DNA of 51,881 bases from Candidatus Zixiibacteriota bacterium (GCA_029932605.1 JAOZPT010000012.1:1-51881), one strand, 5' to 3'. Shown: positions 37,909 through 51,400, numbered from the stretch's first letter. The notes: generated from the sequence alone by a model not told the origin. Numbers and translations: made by a program.

Positions 37909-39805
37909 CTTCCAGAAAAAAAGAAAAGAAGCACAAAAGAAATGGGATTTATTGAAAGCCAGTAAAATCCCGATCATTTATTTGGGTACCGCCTCTTGTG
38001 GCAGGGCCGCTGGAGCTTTGGATGTGCTTGAATCGATTAAGAAGATTTTAAAAGAGAACAAACTAAAAGCGAAAATCATTCAGGTGGGGTGTATTGGCCC
38101 CTGTTATCTGGAACCGCTTATGGATATTAAGCTACCGGGCCGTCCCCGGATAAGCTATTCTAATGTTAGCCCTTCTAAAGCCAAGACCATAATCGAGTCC
38201 TATTTAATCAAGGATGACCCTCGTGTTCAACTTGCGGTAGGGCATTTTGGAGATGAAGACAGTGAATTCACAAATGGGATTCCCAGGTTTTTCGATCTTC
38301 CCATGTTGAAACCCCAGGTGAGAGTGGTGCTAAGAAATTGCGGTTTTATAGACCCGGAGGAGATAGATCATTATTTAGCCAACGATGGATATATGGGTAT
38401 TATGAATGCCTTTGATAAAGAACCTGAGGATGTAATCGCAGAGATTAAGGAGGCCGGACTTCGGGGGAGAGGAGGAGCAGGATTTCCAACTTATAAGAAG
38501 TGGGAGATATGCAGAAGTTCTCCCGGAAAAGAAAAATATTTAATCTGCAACGCTGATGAAGGGGATCCGGGCGCCTTTATGAACCGGTCTATGATAGAGG
38601 GCGATCCACATGCAGTCCTTGAGGGGATGCTAATTGCGGCTTATGCCATTGGCGCTACTCATGGATATATTTATATAAGAGCTGAATACCCATTAGCTAT
38701 TGATCGATTGAAGAAAGCCATAACTCAGATGCGAAAATATGGCTTTCTTGGCAAGAATATTCATAAATCAGGTTTCTCTTTTGATATTACCATAAAAGAA
38801 GGGGCGGGAGCTTTTGTCTGTGGTGAGGAGACCGCACTTATTGGCTCCATCGAAGGCAAAAGAGGTATGCCCAAGTCCCGACCTCCATTTCCTGCAGTTG
38901 CTGGTCTTCATGGTATGCCCACTATAATAAACAACGTTGAAACTCTGGGTACTCTCCCGAATATTTTAAGAAATGGAGCCTCCTGGTATAAACAATACGG
39001 CACTCAAGGAAACTATGGCACAAAGACATTTTCTCTTGTTGGAAAGGTTCGCCGCACAGGGCTTATCGAGGTCCCTCTGGGAACGCCTCTCAGGAAAATC
39101 ATTTTTGATATAGGTGGTGGTTCGAGGAAACCATTTAAAGCAGTCCAGACAGGAGGACCTTCTGGAGGATGTCTCTCTGAGGAGTTTCTGGATACGCCAA
39201 TGGATTATGAATCTCTGGGTGCGGCTGGATCGATAATGGGGTCTGGCGGTTTAATTGTGATGGACGAGGATACCTGCGTGGTGGATATAGCTCGCTATTT
39301 TTTGGATTTTACCCAGAAGGAATCTTGTGGCAAATGTTCACCCTGCCGTGTGGGCACAAGGCATATGGTGGAGATTCTTGAGAGAATTACGAAAGGACAG
39401 GGTCAGACAGAGGATTTAAACAAGCTTCAGGTTTTGGGTGAAACAGTCAAGAGGGGGTCGCTCTGTGGTTTGGGGCAAACAGCCCCCAATCCGGTTTTAA
39501 CCACGCTTCGCTATTTCCGACCGGAATACCTTATGCACATAAATGAGAAATATTGTCCAGCCGCAGTATGCAGAGAGCTCATAGAGTATCGGGTAGTTCC
39601 TGAGAAATGTACCGGATGTCAGCGTTGTGTTAGTGTATGCCCCACTGGCGCCATCACCGGCCCCAGATCAGAACCGCATAACCTCGATCCATCAAAATGT
39701 ATAAAATGCAGAGCCTGTTATGAGATATGCCGATTCGATGCCATAGCTGGCGATGCTATTATCATCAGGTCCAGACGGAGAACTTCTGATGAGCAAACAA
39801 AATGA
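37901..39805 (+). CDS. NuoF/HydB-like FMN/NAD(P)H subunit, full-length bifurcating-type architecture
   Basis: N-terminal 'CG...GCIGPC'; 'GRGGAGF', 'NADEGDPGAFM', 'CGEETAL', 'GGPSG', 'CGKCSPC..LCGLG', C-terminal 2x4Fe-4S. Confidence 0.93.
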   Translation: MNSFQKKRKEAQKKWDLLKASKIPIIYLGTASCGRAAGALDVLESIKKILKENKLKAKIIQVGCIGPCYLEPLMDIKLPGRPRISYSNVSPSKAKTIIESYLIKDDPRVQLAVGHFGDEDSEFTNGIPRFFDLPMLKPQVRVVLRNCGFIDPEEIDHYLANDGYMGIMNAFDKEPEDVIAEIKEAGLRGRGGAGFPTYKKWEICRSSPGKEKYLICNADEGDPGAFMNRSMIEGDPHAVLEGMLIAAYAIGATHGYIYIRAEYPLAIDRLKKAITQMRKYGFLGKNIHKSGFSFDITIKEGAGAFVCGEETALIGSIEGKRGMPKSRPPFPAVAGLHGMPTIINNVETLGTLPNILRNGASWYKQYGTQGNYGTKTFSLVGKVRRTGLIEVPLGTPLRKIIFDIGGGSRKPFKAVQTGGPSGGCLSEEFLDTPMDYESLGAAGSIMGSGGLIVMDEDTCVVDIARYFLDFTQKESCGKCSPCRVGTRHMVEILERITKGQGQTEDLNKLQVLGETVKRGSLCGLGQTAPNPVLTTLRYFRPEYLMHINEKYCPAAVCRELIEYRVVPEKCTGCQRCVSVCPTGAITGPRSEPHNLDPSKCIKCRACYEICRFDAIAGDAIIIRSRRRTSDEQTK

Positions 39806-42312
39806 GATAGTGACTATAAATATAGATAACCATATAATAAAAGTAGAAAAAGGGCTTACTATTCTCCAGGCTGCAGAACGGAACGATATATATATCCCCA
39901 CGCTCTGTGCTCATAAGGACCTGACCCCTTTCGGAGGGTGCCGTATGTGCATCGTTGAGGTTGAAGGAATGCGCGGTTTTCCCACAGCCTGCACTACTCC
40001 AATCAGGGAGGGTATGGTAATAAGAACTCATACCGCTCAAATTCAGGCAGTGAGAATGGAGATATTACAGTTGATTTTAAGCGAGCATACTTCAAGCTGT
40101 TTAATCTGTGATGAAAAAGATGAATGCAGAGAATATATGGGCACTATCCGCAAGGCCGGTGTAACCACTGGATGTCGGTATTGTCCTAATGATGGCCAAT
40201 GCGAACTGCAGGAAGTTGTCGAGAAAATAGGGATAAAGGAGATCAACTACCCTATTTATTATCGACAGCTCCCTGTAGAAAAAAATGACCCCTTCTACGA
40301 TCGGGATTATAATATTTGTATTCTTTGCGGGAGATGTGTCCGCGTGTGCCAGGAGGTTCGAACAGCTAGTGTCTTGGCTTTCAAGCATAGGGGACGCCAT
40401 ACCGTTATAGGTCCAGCTTTTGGTCGCACTCATCTTGAGGCAGGTTGCGAATTCTGTGGCGCATGTGTTTCGGTCTGCCCAACCGGTGCTCTCTCGGAAA
40501 AGGCTAGGAAATGGGAGGGTGAACCGGAACGAGAGGAAACCACAACTTGCTCATTTTGTGGACTGGGATGCCAGATACGTCTTTTGATAAATGGTGATAA
40601 AATTATTGGAAGTTTGCCAGAGGACGATTCACTTATAAACAACGGGCAGCTTTGTGTTAAAGGGAGATTCTGTGTTAATGAAATGGTAAATAACCATAAG
40701 CGTTTGAGGAAACCTTATGAAATTCGAAATGGCACCAAAATCGAAATTCGCTGGGAAGAAGCTATCGAGTTAGCAGCCGAAAAGATTTCTGATTGTCCTG
40801 CGCAAAACTTTAAGATGCTTATTTCGCCGAACTGTTGTAATGAGGATTTATATATCGCCCAGAAATTTGTTCGGGCGGTAACTGGTTCACATAATATTGA
40901 TACTACTGCAAGAGATTTCTATGGTGCTGGTTTCAATGCTTATTTGAACCTTATGAGAATGGCTGTTCCTTTATCAGACCTTCAAAAAGCCTCGACCATT
41001 CTTTGTATCGGTTTAGATACGAGGTTTGGAAGGTCGGTAGTGAGTGTTGAGCTCCGAAAGGCGATTAAAAAGGGTGCTAGGCTCATTACCATAAATCCAT
41101 ATCATCACAATCTCGTTTTAATCTCTGAGAAGTGGTTGCAACCGGTCCCTGGCACGGAGATTAATCTTTTACAATCTCTTGTGAGATTGACCCAGAAAAG
41201 GGGAAAGGGAACTTCACAGACTAAAGCAAAGAGAAAAACCAATGGTCTCGATGACGAAATTTCTGAGGTTGCCAGAATACTTAAGAAAGCTTCCTATCCT
41301 GTAATTCTTGTAGGTTCAGAGTTTATGCATTATGATGAGATTTTTTATATTCTGGAAGCTATTGAAAAGTTGGCTTGTAATATCGGAGCCGGAGTTTTGC
41401 CTTTGCCCGCTCAGAATAATCTGTATGGTTCTATACTTATGGGTGTTTATCCTGAACTTCTACCCGGTGGTTTTCCTTCAACTGATAAGAAAAGAATTAA
41501 TGATCTCGGGGAAAAATGGGGTGCCGATATCCCATATTTCTCATCTCAAAGGAGATCAAAGAGGCCTTCATCGATTTCAAAATTGAATGTGCTTTACCTT
41601 GTTGGAGAGATTCCTTCATATTTTATGTCTCCATCAGATTTCTTGATATTCCAGAATATTTATCCCCCGGACACCAAACATAAAGCTGACCTTATTCTTC
41701 CCTCTGCAGCTTTTACCGAAGTGGATGGAACGTTTATCAACGGTGAGGGCCGTATCCAAAGAGTAAGAAAGGCGGTGGAGCCTCCAGGTGAAGCCCTACC
41801 AGATTGGCTGATACTTTGTCGGATAGCTCAAAAGTTGAGTATTAGCGGTTTTGATTTCTCTGATGCCCAGGAGATCCATAAAGAGATTTCAAGTATTGTG
41901 GAAGGATTTGATGACTTTAATGGTGTAAGGCGCAAAGCGGGTCCGTTGAAGTGTAATGGAGAATTGACCATACCTACGACAAAGTCATTAGGAGAAAAGA
42001 AAACCAGTAAAAAGTTCCCCTTTATTCTTAATACGTCAATTATGGAGCACACTTATCGGGGTTATCCTCTTTCCAGGTGGGTGGAAGGATTGGAGAAAAT
42101 ATTTATCACAGAAACGGTTAATATAAATCCAGAAGATGCTGAAAAAGTTGGGATATCACAAGGTGATGAGGTGGTTGTCTCTTCGTCTCGGTTCGAGAAG
42201 GTCTGGCCTACCAGAATCATGGATGACCAGCCACAGGGAACATTGCATGTTGTACTTAATCATGGTGAATCAATAGGGCCTAATCCACAACCGGTAAGAA
42301 TAAGGAAGAAGA

Positions 42313-42320
<8 letters not shown>
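39789..42320 (+). CDS. FdhA/NuoG-like multi-FeS subunit with a molybdopterin-fold domain lacking the Cys/Sec ligand
   Basis: GGAG SD before ATG 39789; 2Fe-2S, His-ligated 4Fe-4S, 2x4Fe-4S, 'CSFCGLGC...CVKG'; 'NIDTTARDF' in place of NxDxxARxC/U; 'DGTFINGEGRIQ'. Confidence 0.85.
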
Positions 42321-44570
<2,250 letters not shown>

Positions 44571-44805
44571 ATTGCGATTACATCTCTTTTAACCTCTCTA
44601 AGTATATTGAAAGATTTAACTTGGAGTAAAAAATATTATTGTTTTAAACTGTTGGAAATGCCATAAAAATAAAATTTACAGGACTTTCCCTGAAATATTA
44701 GGTGAAATCTTCATAATTTTATTTTTTAAACAAGTTGACCCGCCTATGCGGGTGAAAGTTATGTTTTATACAAACAATTAACGTAATATGTTTTTACAAC
44801 TTTTA

Positions 44806-44850
44806 GTAGCTGGGGCTTCCCAGCCCCAGTGCAGGCATGGAAAGGCCTGC
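44806..44850 (+). repeat. GTAG-initiated double hairpin (REP-like)
   Basis: GTAG-CTGGGGCT-tccc-AGCCCCAG-t-GCAGGC-atggaaag-GCCTGC. Confidence 0.55.
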
Positions 44851-44982
44851 CAATTAATTACAGGCTATAATCCTCAAGTTGTAGTATCGAACCCTTTCCG
44901 GGCAATCATAAGGGGCGGTTGAATAACTGATTTTTTCTCTTAAGTTTTTTTATCTTTAAGATGTTCCGAACTAGTGTAATTA

Positions 44983-45249
44983 TCATTTAATACCGTATTT
45001 TTGCTTTATCTCCTTTTCAGCTTTAAGCCAATCGTCAAGGTCGTTTCCGTATGTTGCTCCTCTTTGAAGGAAGATTTCATAAGCCCGTTTCCTTACCTCG
45101 TCCAAAAAGTTTTGCAGGTTAACCTTAGGTGTAGATTTCATCTTCAACTTTTTTATTGATACCTTTTTAGCAGTCGTTTTTTTGAGCGTTTTCTTTTTAG
45201 CAGCTGTTTTCTTGTTTACTCTCTTTTTACTTGTTTGTTTTTTAACCAT
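44983..45249 (-). CDS. DUF2934-like protein with a lysine-rich histone-like N-terminus
   Basis: GGAG SD; repeated KKT(A/T)AKK; 'VRKRAYEIFLQRG...DLDDWLKAE'. Confidence 0.8.
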   Translation of the reverse strand: MVKKQTSKKRVNKKTAAKKKTLKKTTAKKVSIKKLKMKSTPKVNLQNFLDEVRKRAYEIFLQRGATYGNDLDDWLKAEKEIKQKYGIK

Positions 45250-45418
45250 TTTTACACTCCATGTATAAGTTCAGTTAATTTAAATTAAATCCCGAGCTTA
45301 AAGTCAATGTAATTTTCTTCTCTAAAGAAAAAACATATTAACCATTGGTTAATCGAACCTTAATATGATTTTTAACAGGTTATTCTGTTTTGACCAATAA
45401 AAATATACATTACACAGT

Positions 45419-47053
45419 TTACCAATTCTTCATGATCTCGCTGAAACATTCCAAGCCACTCCAGATGACGCCACCGTAACCGTGACCGGGACTTGTCCAG
45501 GCTCCGGAAAGGTATAGGTTTTTTATAGGTGTAGTATGAGGTAGACGTCTCAGGCCGGAATTGTCTAATGTCTGATTCCATCCGTATATCGCACCGCGGT
45601 AATTGCCGGTATAACGATTATTTGTCAAAGGTGTACCGATTTCTTTAACCTCTATTGCTTTTGAAAGTCCAGGCAGGAGCGTTTTTTCTACCTTGTCAAT
45701 CAAAATATCAGCTATCCGTTCCTTTTCCGCTCTATAAGCTTTTTTATTGCCTTTCCAGTAATCGGCTTCATATTTCTGCCAGTGGTCAAAACCCTGAAGA
45801 GTTAATATGTTAATGGTGTTTTTCCCTTCGGGAGAATAACCCTTGTAGAGATTATCATATAACATGATAGCATAACCCGAACTTTCCACATCTGCATTGA
45901 GAAAAGCTTCGTAGCTGGCATCGGTATCATAACCAGTTTCGTAGAATATTTCGGTATCGGTAATTCCTACCTCGCTTATTAAGTCCTTTTTCAATCCTAA
46001 AAATATCTGGAAACTTGACAGACTGACGCTGAGTTGATCCATCCTTGCCAGATATTCTTTTAAGTATTCATCCTCTTCCATCAAGGTGTGAAAAGTATCG
46101 TATGCATTGGAGTTTGAGACCACTGCTTTTGCGGTATATTCTATACCATCGTCTGTCCTTACCCCGTATGCGGAGTGGTCGTTTACAAGTATTTTTTCCA
46201 CGCGAGTCTTAAGCATTACTTTGCCGCCGTGGTCCTCGATGAATTTCACAAGGCTGTCGCTTATCTTCTGGGATTTGCCTATGGGATAGTAGCCGCCATT
46301 TTCAAGGTAACCGATGGTGGGCATAGCATAATATGTGCTTGCGAGTTTGGAGGGTGGAAGGCCATAGTATACCCACAGAGCGGATATTATGGCTTTCAAT
46401 TTAGGATTCTTAATCCTTTCATCGACCATATCGCCCCAGGTTTTTCCATGGCATTTAAATAAATGAGGGTATTCGATGGGAAACTTGCTCATATCAACCT
46501 GGCCTCTGGCGCTTGATAACTTTCTGATGTCTCTGGATAGCCCTTTCATGTCATCGATAATACCTTCGATTCCCTGCTTTTCATCCGGGAAATGACCCGT
46601 TAACATTTTAATGTAGCCGGGGACATCCTTTTGTGGAACACGGATGTCATAATCGGGAAAGATCACCCGGTATAAATTGGGATGAGGAACAAATTCTACA
46701 TCTGTGATTTCGGGGAAGCCGGGGATCATGTTGTATATCCCTTCTCTTTCACCGACTGTAGTTGAGTGCAGGGAGACATCGAAGACAAAACCGCCAGGAC
46801 GTTTGAATGTGTGAGCATATCCACCTGCCCTATAATGTTGTTCTAATACCAGGGGCTTGAATCCCTGGCGAGCGAAAGCGGCTGCACAACTTAATCCTCC
46901 AAGACCGGCACCAATGATAACTGCATCGAATTTATTTTCATCAGTATCAGCACCTACAGCCTTCGGGAAAACACTCCAATCAAGAAATACTACGGGAATC
47001 GTGGCCAGTAATGATAATATAAAATCCCTTCTTTCTATGTCCTCGCAAGACAT
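45419..47053 (-). CDS. Phytoene desaturase/retinol saturase-family FAD oxidoreductase with Tat-like signal
   Basis: 'ERRDFIL' twin-arginine motif; 'IIGAGLGGL..A', 'GGYYP.G', 'TPLT..RYT...GAIYG', 'LYLSGAW..PGHG'. Confidence 0.85.
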   Translation of the reverse strand: MSCEDIERRDFILSLLATIPVVFLDWSVFPKAVGADTDENKFDAVIIGAGLGGLSCAAAFARQGFKPLVLEQHYRAGGYAHTFKRPGGFVFDVSLHSTTVGEREGIYNMIPGFPEITDVEFVPHPNLYRVIFPDYDIRVPQKDVPGYIKMLTGHFPDEKQGIEGIIDDMKGLSRDIRKLSSARGQVDMSKFPIEYPHLFKCHGKTWGDMVDERIKNPKLKAIISALWVYYGLPPSKLASTYYAMPTIGYLENGGYYPIGKSQKISDSLVKFIEDHGGKVMLKTRVEKILVNDHSAYGVRTDDGIEYTAKAVVSNSNAYDTFHTLMEEDEYLKEYLARMDQLSVSLSSFQIFLGLKKDLISEVGITDTEIFYETGYDTDASYEAFLNADVESSGYAIMLYDNLYKGYSPEGKNTINILTLQGFDHWQKYEADYWKGNKKAYRAEKERIADILIDKVEKTLLPGLSKAIEVKEIGTPLTNNRYTGNYRGAIYGWNQTLDNSGLRRLPHTTPIKNLYLSGAWTSPGHGYGGVIWSGLECFSEIMKNW

Positions 47054-47148
47054 ATACCCTTCTTGTTTTTAATTATTTTTAAATTTATTTAGAATTTTCC
47101 CATCTCGTTGTCAAGCAGTATTTATATATGTCCCTTTCTGAATAATAC

Positions 47149-48543
47149 TTAAATATTTAGTTCAAAACTTTCACCGAAATCTGGAATCACAACATCCCAT
47201 CCGAATTGTTTATGTATCTTTTCTGCCAACGATGCTGAGGCTTCGGCTTCGCCATGAGTAATAAAGGTTTTTTCCGGTGGTTTGTTAAATCCCATCAGCC
47301 AGGCAAGTATTTCATTGTAATCCGCATGACCTGAAAAACCAGAGATGTTCTCGATATTGGCCTTAATGGGAATATGTTTACCGTGAATTTTTACATGAGG
47401 TTTATTCTCCAAAATTGTTCTACCCCGAGTGCCATCAGCCTGATAACCGATAAATAGAATCGTATTTTCGGGATATGGTAAACGTTGTCGTAAATGATGA
47501 AGAATTCGCCCTCCGGTGGCCATGCCGCTTGCGGAAATAATAATCGCTTTGCTTTTTTGCTGATTAATGGCAATCGATTGCTCCTTTGAATCGCACAAAT
47601 GGAGTTGCTTTGGATGAAATATTCGTATTTTTTTGAGCGCCAAAATTCTACTTGAAAGATTTAGGTCTGATATTCTTCTTTTATAAATGTCTGTTGCATC
47701 TATGGCCATGGGGGAATCAACATATACCGGTAAAGAGGGTATCTTGCCCTGTTCCTCTAACCCCCTGAGTATATACAATAATGTTTGTGTTCGGCCGACC
47801 GCAAATGATGGTATTAGAAGTACACCGCCTCTTTTTATACTTTCTTTTATCACCCTAACGAGCTCTTCCTCGGGAGAAACGTCATCATGTAGGCGATCTC
47901 CGTAGGTGGATTCCAGTATCAGATAATCTACATCAAAAGCCTGAACAGGTTCTCTTAAAAATTGTCTTTTGGGTCTTCCTATATCACCACTGAAAAGGAT
48001 TTTTTTGGAATGTTTTGTGTTTGTAATTTTGATGTCGATGAATGATGAGCCAAGTATGTGCCCCGCATCTTTGAATTTTAGGCGGATATTATCGCTAAGG
48101 TAAAAATCCTCTCCATAATGCAATGGTGAAAAGTATGTCAAAGCTTTTTCAGCATCTTTAACGGTATACAGGGGGAGGGCAGGCTTGTGTTTGGAGAATC
48201 CTTTTTTATTAGCCCAGTATGCGTCCTCTTCCTGGAGATGAGCGCTATCCTTGAGCAGAATATGGCAAAGATCATTAGTAGCATAGGTGCAGTGAATTTG
48301 ACCTGAAAAACCGCTTTTGCAAAAACGAGGCAAATACCCTGTGTGGTCAATATGGGCATGTGTTAAAAGCACTTTATCGATTTCTGCCGGAGGAACTGGA
48401 AAGGGCTCCCAGTTTTTCAAACGGTTCTGTTTTGGCCCCTGGAATAACCCACAATCGATAAGTAGTTTTTTACCTCGTAATTCTAAAAGATATCTTGAAC
48501 CGGTCACGGTTCCGGTAGCGCCAAAGAAAGTCAATTTTTCCAT
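47149..48543 (-). CDS. MBL-fold beta-CASP RNA-processing nuclease (YSH1-like)
   Basis: 'GTVTGS', 'THAHIDH', 'AGHILGS', 'ESTYG', 'FAVGR', 'SGHAD', 'HGE'. Confidence 0.93.
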   Translation of the reverse strand: MEKLTFFGATGTVTGSRYLLELRGKKLLIDCGLFQGPKQNRLKNWEPFPVPPAEIDKVLLTHAHIDHTGYLPRFCKSGFSGQIHCTYATNDLCHILLKDSAHLQEEDAYWANKKGFSKHKPALPLYTVKDAEKALTYFSPLHYGEDFYLSDNIRLKFKDAGHILGSSFIDIKITNTKHSKKILFSGDIGRPKRQFLREPVQAFDVDYLILESTYGDRLHDDVSPEEELVRVIKESIKRGGVLLIPSFAVGRTQTLLYILRGLEEQGKIPSLPVYVDSPMAIDATDIYKRRISDLNLSSRILALKKIRIFHPKQLHLCDSKEQSIAINQQKSKAIIISASGMATGGRILHHLRQRLPYPENTILFIGYQADGTRGRTILENKPHVKIHGKHIPIKANIENISGFSGHADYNEILAWLMGFNKPPEKTFITHGEAEASASLAEKIHKQFGWDVVIPDFGESFELNI

Positions 48544-48739
48544 TTACGGTCGTTATTATTGGGGGTGAATTTGGTCATTTCTTAGGTCATCTGACTTTTA
48601 TCAATGAAATAGAATAATAGTTTTTAATGGCAATTACAACAACATTGTTAGCATAATTTTAAGTGCATGAATAAAGTCTGCATTTTGTATTTTTATTTAA
48701 ACTAAAATCCAATAGGGCCTGGAATGAAAACAACTCTGT

Positions 48740-49432
48740 CTATTCAATAGCAAAATAAGCAGCTGCTCTAGCATGTATTGTTGTGGTATCAAACACCGGT
48801 ACCGGACAATCTTTTTGTTTGATTAAAAGGGGGATTTCTGTGCAACCCAAGATAATGCCTTTTGCTCCACCTGATACCAGTTTGTTGATTATTTGAATAT
48901 ATTTTTGACGGGAGCTATTATTTATTTTACCAAGGCACAACTCGTTATAGATGATATCGTGAACGGCTTGGCGGTCTTCTTCATCAGGTACCATGACATT
49001 TATACTATATTTATCTAATAATCTACCTTTATAGAAATCCTGCTCCATAGTGAATTTTGTGCCCAGCAAACCCACCCTTTTTATATCTTTATCATTTATC
49101 ACAACTGCTGTTGTGTCTGCTATATGCAATAGAGGAATATGTATTGATTTTTCAACTTCACCCGCCATTTTATGCATAGTGTTTGTGCATATCACAACAA
49201 AATCGGCGCCACCTTTTTCCAATTTTTTAGCGGCATCTATCATGAAATCTGTTGCCTTATCCCATCTGTTTTGATGTTGTAGGATTTCTATCTCAGCAAA
49301 ATCTACAGAATACATCAAGCATTTGGCTGAGTGATGGTCGCCTAACCTCTGCCTGATTGTCTCATTGATTATCCTGTAGTATTCTAAAGAAGACTGCCAA
49401 CTCATTCCGCCTATCAGGCCAATTACTTTCAT
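48740..49432 (-). CDS. Aspartate/glutamate racemase family (YgeA/RacX-like)
   Basis: 'IGLIGGMSW.S', 'CTNTMH', 'LGCTEI'. Confidence 0.93.
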   Translation of the reverse strand: MKVIGLIGGMSWQSSLEYYRIINETIRQRLGDHHSAKCLMYSVDFAEIEILQHQNRWDKATDFMIDAAKKLEKGGADFVVICTNTMHKMAGEVEKSIHIPLLHIADTTAVVINDKDIKRVGLLGTKFTMEQDFYKGRLLDKYSINVMVPDEEDRQAVHDIIYNELCLGKINNSSRQKYIQIINKLVSGGAKGIILGCTEIPLLIKQKDCPVPVFDTTTIHARAAAYFAIE

Positions 49433-49577
49433 GGTTACTTCCTTGTTGAATCGTGTATTTTCATTTTTAAGTCAGTATAAAATTTCTGGACATTGTAAGT
49501 TATAATAAGGTAAATAACTAATGTTTTCAATCGTTTAATAGATAATTTTAGAAAGTATATGTGAATTGTAATTATTA

Positions 49578-49605
49578 TTGACAAAATCCAATTAATGATT
49601 ATCAT
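49578..49605 (+). promoter_or_regulatory. sigma70-like promoter
   Basis: TTGACA-N16-TATCAT. Confidence 0.45.
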
Positions 49606-49681
49606 AATAATGGAGAATGAAATTGAAATTCACTGAAATATTTCTATTTGAATAGATTAGAATTTGTCAGTGAGGTTTACA

Positions 49682-51400
49682 ATGGTCAAAATTTACATAT
49701 TATTTTTTACAGCGGTATTAGTGGTCTTTTTAACTGTAAGCATTTTGTGTCAGACTACGTTTACGGATGTAACTGATGAGGCCGGAGTGGGTGATACCAA
49801 TTGCGGAGTAGGAACCGCCTGGGGAGATTTCAACAATGATGGTTTGCTGGATTTATATCTGGTCAATCATGGCCAGAGTAATATTCTCTACTTGAATAAT
49901 GGTAACGGCACTTTTGAGGATGTCACTTCACGGGCGGGTGTTGGAGATAGTGGCGATGGTGTTGGCTGTGCCTGGGCAGACTATGATAACGATGGTTTTC
50001 TGGACCTTTTTTTCTCAAACAGGCCTGGTTTTGATCGGCTGTACCAGAATCGGGGTGATACAACCTTTACTGATAGAGCTCCGGAGTTCGGTATGAGTGA
50101 CCCCTCGGGTTGGGGAGAATCGGTAGCTTGGGGAGATTACGATAACGATGGGTATATTGATCTTTATAAGATGAGAATGAATCAATCGAATATCCTTTAT
50201 CATAATCTCAGTGGTGTGGACTTCGAGGATGTTACCTCCTTTGCCGGAGTCGGGCATGGTGGACCCGGAGAGGGGGCTGCCTGGTGCGATTATGACAACG
50301 ATGGCGACCTTGACATTTATGCTACCAATGCCAGTGGCTACAACCTTCTTTATCGCAACAACGGTGATGGCACCTTCACCGATTATACTAACTCTGCCGG
50401 AATAAGAGAGTATGGTTCCAGTTTCGGTTGTGCCTGGGGAGATTATGACAACGATGGTGATTTTGACCTGTATGTAGGAAGGAACGGAAACAATAGACTC
50501 TATCGCAACAACGGGGATGGTACTTTTGATGATGTTAGTGTTGAAGCCGGCGTTGACCATAACGGCTGGGCGGTAGGGGTTACCTGGGGAGATTATGATA
50601 ACGACGGCTGGCTGGATGTGCATGTTGCCATTCATCAGGGCGATGATGTCCTTTATCGGAATTTAGGGGATGGCACATTCGAGGATGTAACGGATCAAGC
50701 CAGAGTTCACAATTATCTGGAAGGTCGGGGCAACATCTGGGGTGATTTTGATAATGATGGTTTTTTAGATCTGTATGTTACCAATCAACCCTATGCCAGG
50801 AATGTTCTTTTTAAAAACAACGGAAATGATAATCATTTTATCCATGTAACATTAATCGGGACTGTTAGCGGTAAAGACGGAATCGGAAGCAAGATCGTTT
50901 GTGTTTCAGGAGATTTGCGGATGACAGCGCAGGTTGATGGAGGTTCCGGTTTCGCCTCCCAGAACAGCCTGCCTGTTGAATTCGGACTGGGGAACAATTC
51001 CCTCGTTGACTCACTCTATATCTTCTGGCTTTCAGGGAATGTTGATATCTTGACGAATATTCAAGCGGATCAGTTCATCCAGGTTACCGAGGGTGAAACT
51101 GTTGGAATTTACTCCGGAGATGATTTTTCGTTACCTGAAAATATCAGGTTGTTTCAAAACTATCCCAATCCATTTAACGTTAATACTACAATTGGATATA
51201 ATCTACCAAAGACATCAATTGTTTCTATCGGCATCTACGACCTGCTTGGCCGCAAGGTTGAAACACTGGTTGATGAAAAACAACCAGCAGGATATCATCA
51301 GGTAACCTGGAATGCTAAAGATGTTTCATCAGGGACATATTTTTACAGGATTCAAGCTGAGGATTTTGAAGAGACAAAGAGGATGTTACTTTTAAAATAA
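49682..51400 (+). CDS. Secreted FG-GAP repeat / ASPIC-UnbV (CRTAC1-like) protein with T9SS/FlgD-like C-terminal domain
   Basis: Signal peptide; 7 'W(G/A/C)D(Y/F)(D/N)NDG..D' repeats; 'GSGFASQNS...FGLG'; 'QNYPNPFN...SGTYFYRI...MLLLK'. Confidence 0.9.
   Translation: MVKIYILFFTAVLVVFLTVSILCQTTFTDVTDEAGVGDTNCGVGTAWGDFNNDGLLDLYLVNHGQSNILYLNNGNGTFEDVTSRAGVGDSGDGVGCAWADYDNDGFLDLFFSNRPGFDRLYQNRGDTTFTDRAPEFGMSDPSGWGESVAWGDYDNDGYIDLYKMRMNQSNILYHNLSGVDFEDVTSFAGVGHGGPGEGAAWCDYDNDGDLDIYATNASGYNLLYRNNGDGTFTDYTNSAGIREYGSSFGCAWGDYDNDGDFDLYVGRNGNNRLYRNNGDGTFDDVSVEAGVDHNGWAVGVTWGDYDNDGWLDVHVAIHQGDDVLYRNLGDGTFEDVTDQARVHNYLEGRGNIWGDFDNDGFLDLYVTNQPYARNVLFKNNGNDNHFIHVTLIGTVSGKDGIGSKIVCVSGDLRMTAQVDGGSGFASQNSLPVEFGLGNNSLVDSLYIFWLSGNVDILTNIQADQFIQVTEGETVGIYSGDDFSLPENIRLFQNYPNPFNVNTTIGYNLPKTSIVSIGIYDLLGRKVETLVDEKQPAGYHQVTWNAKDVSSGTYFYRIQAEDFEETKRMLLLK

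Noticed and set aside
50015..50635. 206-aa minus strand ORF
   Set aside because: Antisense shadow of the repetitive FG-GAP gene.
49800..50830. Periodic ~150-bp repeats (GGGGAGATTATGAYAACGAYGG) as a CRISPR or tandem DNA repeat
   Set aside because: They are in-frame FG-GAP protein repeats with synonymous variation, and there are no cas genes.
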